64,000 nt of DNA, taken from positions 1,334 through 65,333 of IMG/VR virus record IMGVR_UViG_3300044621_001461; one strand, given 5' to 3'. This DNA is from a virus. Taxonomy: Duplodnaviria > Caudoviricetes. This document shows positions 19,991-27,871 of this stretch, piece after piece (the first letter of the stretch is position 1; the number at the start of each line of letters is the position of its first letter). A model generated the notes under the pieces. That model was not told the origin of the DNA, did no database searches, and saw nothing but the letters and a program-made list of their open reading frames with translations. The translations under genes were made by a program, and so were the position numbers.

Positions 19991-22900
19991 TTATTTATCT
20001 GTAAGTTTCTGCTCAAGGTTTTCAACCTTCGCAGAAAGTTCTTTAATTGCCTCAACCAACAGTGGAACAATCTTATGATAGTCAACTGCAAGGTATCCAT
20101 TATCTCTAGTTGTAACTGCTTCTGGAAGAACCTCAAGGATTTCTTGTGCGATTACACCAACATCATTACCTTCTTTACCAGACTTCTCATTCCAAGTATA
20201 AGTGTTACCACTGATTGAGAGAACTTTAGCAAGTGGGTCCTCAATCGCAACAATATTATCTTTTAGTCTTTGGTCGGAAGTATAGAATGCTGTGATATCA
20301 CCGACAACATTCAGTGCTCCGCCAATAAGAACATTACCGTTAGTTTTTAACTCATTATCTGTATCGCAGAAAATAGATGTAAGACCAGTATTTGCTGCGT
20401 TGTAAAGAACAATATCACCACCATTATTCAATCGTAGTGCTGTTCCACCACTTCCACCATTAATTGTTAGAATTCCTGTTAGAGTTGTGTTTCCAGTAAC
20501 TCCTAATGTGCTTGAAAGCGTAGTAGCACCAGTAACTCCTAAGGTTCCACCAACATTTAGATTGTTGCCAATACCAACACCACCAGAAACAATCAAATCT
20601 CCAGTTGTTGTAGAAGTTGACTGAGTTCCTTGGGTTAATCTTACAGTATTGCTAAACGTGGATTGAGCTCTAATTCTAAGGTCTTTATTGAAATTAACTG
20701 GACCATCAAACTGAGATAATACTTGACCCGAATCACCTCCTTCAACAAGAAGTCTTTCTTTGATAGTAACCTCATCAAATACAGCACTTAATCTGGATAC
20801 ATCTTGACCTGTAACAGTAGGTGTTGGAATATCGTATGAAATAGTCTCTCCACTGGTCGCAGAAGTCTTTGTATTGCCATTAAAAACATCACCATTGCTG
20901 TTCATAGCAGTGTAAACAACAACGCCACAAGAGCGCTCCTGAGACTGTGATAAGAAGTCCTCTCTTTCAGTAAGAGTCTTAACTTGAACTTGTGGCAGAC
21001 CAGTTGAGTAGTTTCCAGGACCATAACCAAGATATTCAAAAGTATGTCCAGATGCTCTTAGAATGGATGGTCTGCGGAATTCTATGGCAATTGGGTTAAT
21101 CTTACGAATAAGTGAATTGGCATCATGATTTTCTTGACGAGTTCCAAAAGCACCGCGAATGACATTGATTTGAGTAGTATTTGCACTACTTGTCACCCTC
21201 ATAATTTCATTGTCTACTTGAATATATGAACCAAGAGGAATACGATTTGTTATTGGACCAATTGCGCTAATATTGAGTGTAGTTTCATTGGTAATTGCAG
21301 AAGTTAATGTAAAGATTTCATTATTATAGAAAGGAACTGTTCTTGTTCCAATACTTTCTCCACCAGCATCAGAAATTGCATCATTTGCCGAAAGACCGTG
21401 CTTGAGAATAAATCCATCTGTTGCTGAAATAGATTTGTTCGTAATTGCAGTAAATTGTGTTACATTGGTTCTTTCCAGAACTAGATAGTCTCCTAGATTG
21501 TTATTGCTCGAATCAATAACTCTAAACTTATTACCAGAAACCAGTCCGTGAGAAGAAGAAGTTGTGAATGTGGTAATACCTGTTGTAGAACTATAAGTCG
21601 TTCCAGTAATTCTAGATGAAGGACCAACTACAAAGGCATATTGACTTGATAGGATTGTTGGGTCTCCAGCAGTCTTAGCAATTGCAATTTGATTCTTTGC
21701 AGAAACTGAAGTGATGCGGTAGTATCCGTCAGCAGTTGTTCCAGCCCCAGTGAACTGAACAACATCACCGATATTTGTAGAAATACCAGCGGTTGCAATT
21801 GTAACATAAGCATTTGCGGTTCCACCAATCTTCGCAGTATCAAAATAGAGTGTTTCATCATTGGTATATCCAGAACCACCTGCCTGAATATCAACACCAA
21901 CAACAACACCACTAGCAGATACTACAACCTTAGCAGTTGCACCATCCCAGTTAGATAGACCTACTTCATTGTATAATTTAACATTATAGAATGTTCCGCT
22001 AGTGTGCCCAGAACCACCGGTAAGAGTGCTATAAGTTACAATACCAGCAAGACCATGATTCCTACCAAAGGTAATTGTTGCAATACCAGATGTTGATGGT
22101 GATAAGACTGAAGAAATAGTTAAACCAATACCAACATCCTTGAGCAATAAGTCGGCAGATTCTCTAGTAATACTCCTCTTAAGATCGTTTGTTACAACAT
22201 CACCAATTGGAAAACGCTTAGCGAACGATTTTGCAGCAAATGGGTTATCATTTGCATTATCTCTATCCAGTTGTGGATAAAGATCTACTGGAAGCTGACT
22301 ATACTCTAGATTTGTAAACTCTATAGGAATCGTATTACTTGCATTCAGAACATAGAGATGATAGATACCATCCTGAGTGTTATAGATGTATGGAGAAATA
22401 ACTTCATTTCTGTAAATATAGAGATTTCCTTTAAGGTCATTTCTTTCAAATCTTGGAAGATTCATATCTCTTACATTTACATTGTTTGTAAATGTTCCTG
22501 GAGTATGTGCAACATCAAAAATATCGGTAGTTGAATAGTTGAATGTTACATCATCTGTAACTACAACTTCAAAAATACCATTATATCCAACATTATCTTC
22601 GCCAATTGAATTATCAGTGCTTGTTACTTTTCTAATAGCAACGATGTCACCAGTTTGTAAGTTATGTGGAAGTTCGGATGTGACTGTAACACGATTAGAA
22701 CTTACTGAGCAATTGCTAATGAATCTTGGGTTCTTATTGTATCCATAATCAGCACTAGTAATACTAGGTCTTGTAAAATCAAAATTATCTCTAGATCCAG
22801 TTGAACTTGAAGTTTGAATTACAAATCCATTTTCAGGATCTTTTGCGTTTGCAAGTTCTTTTGGTATAACAACTCTAAACTTATACAGTTTTTCATCAAG

Positions 22901-25273
22901 ACTTCTTTCATCAGAAATACGATTTACATAAGCAAGGTCAGTCGTGGTTCCATATGTCGCCGTGCCACCTGATGCAAATGCATTGTAGATGCCGTTACCT
23001 GCATTAACATGAATAAACCAATTATTATTTTGGGCATCAAATTGAATTGGTGAACCAAGTTCTCCAGAGTTTCTATCAGAAACTCGACTTAAAATATGAA
23101 GATTAGTTCCACCATAAACTGTAATTGCTTGTGATTGAGTTGCATTTGTATATGATGATGCCAACTTAACCGTATTGTTGTCGCCGTTGTTAATTGCATA
23201 ATAAATTTGGTGAGCTTCAATATTTTCTGGAAGATCTCCATCATCACTAATAATTATAACTTTTTCACCCGTTAAAAGTTTATTTGCTCCAATTGTAAAT
23301 GAATTTGATGTTGGACCAGAAGTTACATCATAAGACTTGACGGAACTTGTTGTTCCCAATGCTGTAGTAAGTCCACTAGTGCTGATTAAATTATCGCACA
23401 TATAGATAGACGCTGAGTAAGTTGCACCAGCACCCACCAAATATAGATTATCATTTAGTCTTGCACCAATTCGATATCCTTGTGTAAGTGAAGATGGTGC
23501 AGAGTCTGCAGATGTAAACCCATAAAGATAAAGATGACTTGAAATGCCAACCTGAGTTGTCAATCCGACATTCAGAGATAACCACTCTATTGTGTCTTCT
23601 TGAGTAGTATCAACTGCTCTTGGGGGAATAATTGAGGTAATGAAGGCATTATTGTCTTTATTAAATGCCTCTCTTTTAAATCCAGAAGAGTTTAGAGAAA
23701 TTTGACCAAAGTTTGAGTTAGAGTTGGTGATTGAACCATCACCACCAGACTCGGCATCAAAATGTTTATTAAATCCAATCGCAAATACAGAAACGATTTG
23801 AATAAACGCATCATTGGAAATTTTAACATGACTTGTTTCCCAACCCTGACGATAAACTGCATCAGGATCTAAATGGTAAATTTGATCTGAATTTGTTTGT
23901 GAAGCACCTTCTGGAAGTGATGCACCATAAACTGGAGTTATATTAACTCCCTGATAAGTTCTTGAAGACTTGTTATATTTTACAAAAGCACGATCATCTT
24001 TTTGTAGAGATACTGCAGTAAACTGAGCAACAACGGTGCTTCGGAAACCAGATGCTTTGCTACCATCAGCATGAAGACCGTTCATACCCCATACGGAACG
24101 CATAGAGATATTAAAGATATATGGAGATGCACCAGAAACAGTATCAGTCTCAATTGTTACTGTTGCCGATCCAGCACTTGGACTTGGATTGATGTTTGGA
24201 TAAGAAGCAAGTCCAGGTAGTAAATAAGTAAACTGAGTGCTACTTAAAACATTCTGAACTTTGGTAGAAATATTATAAGGTGACGTTACTCCAGAACCTG
24301 ATACACCTTTAATTTTAATTGGTGTACCAGCATTTAACCCATGCTCCGAAGTAGTTATAACTGTAACAATAGAACTTGCAACGGATCCGTTACCAGAAAT
24401 GATAGATGAAACAGTTATAGGATCGCTAGCAAATGCCCCAACAATTTCCCACTCCGAGCGTTGCTTAGCAAATCCTAGTTCATTTGTTGGGAACTTTTGA
24501 TCAATATCACGAACTGAATTATAAGCATTAGATACCTTACTATAATACATATCAAGGTCTGTAAGACCATAAGACCCAATATTGTTTACACCATCTGCAA
24601 ATTCAAAACAAGTCAGTTTGTGGTGAGAGAATGATGGAGTTGATTGATAAGTCGCACCAAAATTATCTGGATTTGTATAAACCAAACCAGTTTCGTCACC
24701 ATCAAATAGAGAAAATTGCCAGAAATAGCAAGCACCCGTGATTCTAAAGATTGCTGATTTTGTTACTGCCGAATCAGTTGGATTGGGAACATACTTTGGA
24801 CGAATTTTAGTCTTTCTTAAATCGAGACCAACAATTGAGGTGCCTCTTGGAATAATAACTCCACCATAATAACTATTAAACTTATAGAGAATATTATCTT
24901 CTTGTGTTAAGTCAAAATTGGAATCAAGACCTAAAGATAATACTGAAGACGCTGAAACCCCTATGCCACCTGCTCTAGAAACTGCATAAGCATCTCCACC
25001 ATTATCATAAATTGCATAACCAGGTCTATTATCAATTAAATGTTCGCCAGGAAATAGTAGAATTGTAGTTTTTTCTACTAAGTCGTTATTGTTTCCTTTT
25101 ACATAAGAAAATCTTGCCGACTCTAACAGTGCTCTTTGAACTGTTTTGAATGGGCGAGCAAGAGAATTACCTTCATTTTCAATAGAATCAGTCGAATCTA
25201 GGTCATTTGGATTTACATAAAGAATGCGACCTTCGGTATTCTTTATGAAATTATCAAGTTTGTTAAGAGGCAT
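19991..25273 (-). CDS. Large virion structural / tail fibre protein with C-terminal intramolecular chaperone (peptidase S74)
   Basis: MPLNKLDNFIKN..GRILYV N-terminus typical of cyanomyovirus structural proteins; SDQRLKDNI...GVIAQE...VDY.KIVPLLVEAIKEL. Confidence 0.88.
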   Translation of the reverse strand: MPLNKLDNFIKNTEGRILYVNPNDLDSTDSIENEGNSLARPFKTVQRALLESARFSYVKGNNNDLVEKTTILLFPGEHLIDNRPGYAIYDNGGDAYAVSRAGGIGVSASSVLSLGLDSNFDLTQEDNILYKFNSYYGGVIIPRGTSIVGLDLRKTKIRPKYVPNPTDSAVTKSAIFRITGACYFWQFSLFDGDETGLVYTNPDNFGATYQSTPSFSHHKLTCFEFADGVNNIGSYGLTDLDMYYSKVSNAYNSVRDIDQKFPTNELGFAKQRSEWEIVGAFASDPITVSSIISGNGSVASSIVTVITTSEHGLNAGTPIKIKGVSGSGVTSPYNISTKVQNVLSSTQFTYLLPGLASYPNINPSPSAGSATVTIETDTVSGASPYIFNISMRSVWGMNGLHADGSKASGFRSTVVAQFTAVSLQKDDRAFVKYNKSSRTYQGVNITPVYGASLPEGASQTNSDQIYHLDPDAVYRQGWETSHVKISNDAFIQIVSVFAIGFNKHFDAESGGDGSITNSNSNFGQISLNSSGFKREAFNKDNNAFITSIIPPRAVDTTQEDTIEWLSLNVGLTTQVGISSHLYLYGFTSADSAPSSLTQGYRIGARLNDNLYLVGAGATYSASIYMCDNLISTSGLTTALGTTSSVKSYDVTSGPTSNSFTIGANKLLTGEKVIIISDDGDLPENIEAHQIYYAINNGDNNTVKLASSYTNATQSQAITVYGGTNLHILSRVSDRNSGELGSPIQFDAQNNNWFIHVNAGNGIYNAFASGGTATYGTTTDLAYVNRISDERSLDEKLYKFRVVIPKELANAKDPENGFVIQTSSSTGSRDNFDFTRPSITSADYGYNKNPRFISNCSVSSNRVTVTSELPHNLQTGDIVAIRKVTSTDNSIGEDNVGYNGIFEVVVTDDVTFNYSTTDIFDVAHTPGTFTNNVNVRDMNLPRFERNDLKGNLYIYRNEVISPYIYNTQDGIYHLYVLNASNTIPIEFTNLEYSQLPVDLYPQLDRDNANDNPFAAKSFAKRFPIGDVVTNDLKRSITRESADLLLKDVGIGLTISSVLSPSTSGIATITFGRNHGLAGIVTYSTLTGGSGHTSGTFYNVKLYNEVGLSNWDGATAKVVVSASGVVVGVDIQAGGSGYTNDETLYFDTAKIGGTANAYVTIATAGISTNIGDVVQFTGAGTTADGYYRITSVSAKNQIAIAKTAGDPTILSSQYAFVVGPSSRITGTTYSSTTGITTFTTSSSHGLVSGNKFRVIDSSNNNLGDYLVLERTNVTQFTAITNKSISATDGFILKHGLSANDAISDAGGESIGTRTVPFYNNEIFTLTSAITNETTLNISAIGPITNRIPLGSYIQVDNEIMRVTSSANTTQINVIRGAFGTRQENHDANSLIRKINPIAIEFRRPSILRASGHTFEYLGYGPGNYSTGLPQVQVKTLTEREDFLSQSQERSCGVVVYTAMNSNGDVFNGNTKTSATSGETISYDIPTPTVTGQDVSRLSAVFDEVTIKERLLVEGGDSGQVLSQFDGPVNFNKDLRIRAQSTFSNTVRLTQGTQSTSTTTGDLIVSGGVGIGNNLNVGGTLGVTGATTLSSTLGVTGNTTLTGILTINGGSGGTALRLNNGGDIVLYNAANTGLTSIFCDTDNELKTNGNVLIGGALNVVGDITAFYTSDQRLKDNIVAIEDPLAKVLSISGNTYTWNEKSGKEGNDVGVIAQEILEVLPEAVTTRDNGYLAVDYHKIVPLLVEAIKELSAKVENLEQKLTDK

Positions 25274-25311
25274 CGTATTACTTCTTCTAGATTATTTCTA
25301 TTCTTTATTTA

Positions 25312-25614
25312 TCAAGTCAAATCTTCCCCATCATATTCAAATTCGAGGTCATCTGGAAGGTCTTCAGGGTTTTCTAAGTCCACTGGAAAGAAGCATGGAT
25401 GTGCCTCTTCGTCTATAAGATAGAATGAGGTTTTATATAAGTCTTCTGGTTCAAAGGTTCTCTCTTTGTCTGCTAATCTACAAAGGTCTTGATCGTATAA
25501 GTGCCCGTCTGGAAGTTCATCGAACGTGAAGGGAATATGATTGATAAAATACATCTTCACAATCATACTGCCATTATTGTACCAGCAGTATGCGTGATCG
25601 ATACGATAAGACAT
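25312..25614 (-). CDS. Conserved cyanophage hypothetical protein
   Basis: 100-aa ORF with TAAATA upstream; MYFINHIPFTFDE motif. Confidence 0.75.
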   Translation of the reverse strand: MSYRIDHAYCWYNNGSMIVKMYFINHIPFTFDELPDGHLYDQDLCRLADKERTFEPEDLYKTSFYLIDEEAHPCFFPVDLENPEDLPDDLEFEYDGEDLT

Positions 25615-25648
25615 AGGGGTGTGCCTAATATCTTATATTTATTTTTAA

Positions 25649-25920
25649 TACCCGTGAGTGGATTCGAACCACCGCTTGAGAGATTTTCTTACCACTACAA
25701 CTTTCGTTGCCTTTTCAGTTTGTGGTCTGGACTATACCTTCACCATACCTTTCGGTTTAGGTGTTCCCCGTCTAGTCTCTACACCTTCATCTTGCGATGC
25801 TTGGCTCGGTATTGCCATTTTACAGGTTTCACCGAATTTGAGGAATTACACTCATAAGGTTTCCCAAATGAGGCTCAATTTTACATAAGTCTCTTGCCTC
25901 TTCCGCTGGGCTACACGGGC
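25649..25920 (-). tRNA. trnL: tRNA-Leu(UAA) split by a group I intron (exons 25887-25920 and 25649-25687)
   Basis: 5' exon GCCCGTGTAGCCCAGCGGAAGAGGCAAGAGACTT; 3' exon AAAATCTCTCAAGCGGTGGTTCGAATCCACTCACGGGTA; spliced loop CT-TAA-AA in an AGAGA/TCTCT stem. Confidence 0.92.
25688..25886 (-). ncRNA. Group I intron (trnL-UAA type, IC3-like), 199 nt, no ORF
   Basis: Follows U34 and ends in G; AATTGAGCC guide; CAAATTCGGTGAAACC (P), GGCAATACCGAGCCAAG (Q), GTAGAGACTAGACGG (R), AAGGTATAGTCC (S). Confidence 0.9.
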
Positions 25921-25932
25921 GTGTATGAGACC

Positions 25933-25961
25933 ATTATAACTCAAAGAATCATAATAGTCAA
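25933..25961 (-). promoter_or_regulatory. sigma70 promoter for tRNA-Leu
   Basis: TTGACT-N17-TATAAT. Confidence 0.75.
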
Positions 25962-25962
25962 G

Positions 25963-26034
25963 TGCTCGTTGTCGGTTACGATCCGACCTTCTATCGTTTA
26001 TGAGACGATTGCATTCCCAGATTGCTAAACGAGC
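25963..26034 (-). tRNA. tRNA with CAU anticodon (elongator Met or Ile2), atypical T-loop
   Basis: GCTCGTT/AACGAGC-A; ATCGT-CTCATAA-ACGAT; GTCGG-ATCGTAA-CCGAC. Confidence 0.85.
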
Positions 26035-26058
26035 ATTCGCTATTTGCGAATAGCGAAT
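26035..26058. repeat. Perfect 10-bp hairpin spacer between two tRNAs
   Basis: ATTCGCTATT-TGCG-AATAGCGAAT. Confidence 0.8.
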
Positions 26059-26129
26059 GGGGATACTGGGAGTTGAACCCAGACTAAGCCCTTATAAGGA
26101 GCCCGCTCTAACCATTAAGCTATACCCCC
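26058..26129 (-). tRNA. trnI: tRNA-Ile(UAU)
   Basis: GGGGGTA/TATCCCC-A; GGCTC-CTTATAA-GGGCT; GGTTCAACTCC. Confidence 0.9.
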
Positions 26130-26135
26130 GTGCGT

Positions 26136-26309
26136 TCATGATGCTTCGTTATTACACTCAGTGTGTATTCGTACAAAGTCATCATCAGCAGGTATCATAA
26201 CCGCTGCCTGTCCATTCTCATTGATTATACCTAAACTTTCACCATTTTCAACTCGTTCCATAAGTTCATCAAACTTTTCTTGAAACTCTTCCACCGTAAA
26301 AACTTCCAT
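26136..26309 (-). CDS. Phd/YefM antitoxin-like small protein (57 aa, below the ORF-track cutoff)
   Basis: MEVFTVEEFQEKFDELMERVENGESLGIINENGQAAVMIP; TATAAATA at 26324-26331. Confidence 0.65.
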   Translation of the reverse strand: MEVFTVEEFQEKFDELMERVENGESLGIINENGQAAVMIPADDDFVRIHTECNNEAS

Positions 26310-26339
26310 TCGTTTCTTTTCGATATTTATATTATCGCA

Positions 26340-26540
26340 TCACTCGCCGTAAATCGCAAGATCAGCATACTCAATCTGCTCAGGATCAAGTTGTGCGGTG
26401 ACAACTTCCAGTACGTTCATAAACTCTTCAACAGTATCACACTCCACTCGACGCTCGCTGCCGTGATCGCTGAGAAGAAGAAAGGTGCGGGTGCAGATAT
26501 CAATCACAATGCCTTGGACGATCTCTTGTGCGGCGGTCAT
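26340..26540 (-). CDS. Conserved cyanophage hypothetical protein
   Basis: 66-aa ORF behind a consensus TTGACA-N17-TATAAT (26594-26566) plus half-conserved palindrome. Confidence 0.75.
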   Translation of the reverse strand: MTAAQEIVQGIVIDICTRTFLLLSDHGSERRVECDTVEEFMNVLEVVTAQLDPEQIEYADLAIYGE

Positions 26541-26615
26541 GTGGTGTTCCGTTGATTACCCCCATATTATAGGGCAGATGGGTGGGGGTGTCAAGTGTGC
26601 CAATTTTAAAAGTGG

Positions 26616-27311
26616 TTAGGTTTTCATGATAAATGCTAGAGCATAGTATGGAGGTCGGTTTTCATGAAAATCACTTGCGCCCGCAGAACCAGTGGTTGTT
26701 GAATAATAAGGACCTAAATTACTACTATTTCCACCACCACTATAATTACCACCAGTTGCATTATTGCTTTCTGTAGTATGTGTGTGTGCGGGCATTTCAG
26801 CAGTTGTCAATTGATGTGCAACTGAACCACCAGTATTTCCAGGCGCATATGCTCCACTTACAGCACCAGTATCAGCATTAAATGTGACTCCAGTAGAAGC
26901 ATCACTGGTTGCACCTACAATAAATTTACTTCTTAAGTCTGGTGTTCCATTAGAACCATTGCAAAGTGCCCATCCTGTTGGGATATTTGTAATGGTTCCA
27001 GACCACATTACAATTACCCCAGATGGAACAATGGCACCTATTCCAGTAATTGCAGATGCCAAAGTTGACCCATTAACAGTCATATTAGCAGCATCACCAT
27101 AATAAGTTGTAATACCAGAAGTTGCCGTTACAATGCCCGAAGATACTTTAACTGTTCCAAGAATTGATTTCTCATTAACAGTAAGATTTCTAACAGTTAA
27201 AGAATCGTAATTTAAATTGCCCTGAATATTGACGTCCTTATAAAAAGTCACATTCTCGTTAAAATGAGACTCTAAACCATAATACTTAATTTCTGCCATT
27301 TTAACCACCAA
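26616..27311 (-). CDS. Tail-collar-domain protein
   Basis: VPSGVIVMWSG..IPTGWALCNG.NGTPDLRSKFIVG; HENRPPYYALAFIMK. Confidence 0.88.
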   Translation of the reverse strand: MVVKMAEIKYYGLESHFNENVTFYKDVNIQGNLNYDSLTVRNLTVNEKSILGTVKVSSGIVTATSGITTYYGDAANMTVNGSTLASAITGIGAIVPSGVIVMWSGTITNIPTGWALCNGSNGTPDLRSKFIVGATSDASTGVTFNADTGAVSGAYAPGNTGGSVAHQLTTAEMPAHTHTTESNNATGGNYSGGGNSSNLGPYYSTTTGSAGASDFHENRPPYYALAFIMKT

Positions 27312-27870
27312 CTAAGTTATTAACTACACTACCAACAATATCCCCAACCAGACCATCAATTGCATCAATACCAACAAAACTACCTTCGAAAACTTTTTTA
27401 GTAAAATCCATTCCAAGTAAAGAAATTAAATTGCCACTCATACCTTTAACATCTACTCTTTTTCCATCTAGCATTAATCTGCCAGAACCTGCTTTCAAAT
27501 TAATATTTCTACCTGCCTTCAAATGAATATCTTCTTCTGCCTCAAGCATAATGTTTGTGGCATAAATGCGAACTGTTCCGTCAGCAGAGACTGAAACATT
27601 TCCATTTTTACCGATGATAACTACATCTTCTCTACCTTTTTCATTATTAGTTCCACCAGATATTTGAATTGTATGATCATTGTAGATCGAAAATAAACCA
27701 CCACTACTTAGACTGATTGATGATTGATTATCTCCATTATCAGTTACGCCATAAATCTTATAAACATCTGTTCCCGATCCACCCATTTCAGGATTTGCAG
27801 TATCAATCCTGAAGTTTGGATTAAAACTAATTAGTTGTCTCTTGTATAAGTTTTTCTTTCTTGCTGCCAT
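27301..27870 (-). CDS. Baseplate hub/needle-associated protein (gp5 C-terminal-like)
   Basis: Beta-helix-like I.L.A...I.LKAGRNI.L repeats, directly downstream of gp5. Confidence 0.6.
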   Translation of the reverse strand: MAARKKNLYKRQLISFNPNFRIDTANPEMGGSGTDVYKIYGVTDNGDNQSSISLSSGGLFSIYNDHTIQISGGTNNEKGREDVVIIGKNGNVSVSADGTVRIYATNIMLEAEEDIHLKAGRNINLKAGSGRLMLDGKRVDVKGMSGNLISLLGMDFTKKVFEGSFVGIDAIDGLVGDIVGSVVNNLVGG

Positions 27871-27871
27871 T

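Noticed and set aside
17002-25273. Diversity-generating retroelement acting on the tail fibres
   Set aside because: No reverse transcriptase and no template/variable repeat pair seen in the window.
25501-25888. Plus-strand ORFs across the intron as an intron-encoded endonuclease
   Set aside because: Antisense to the tRNA and intron, with no nuclease motifs.
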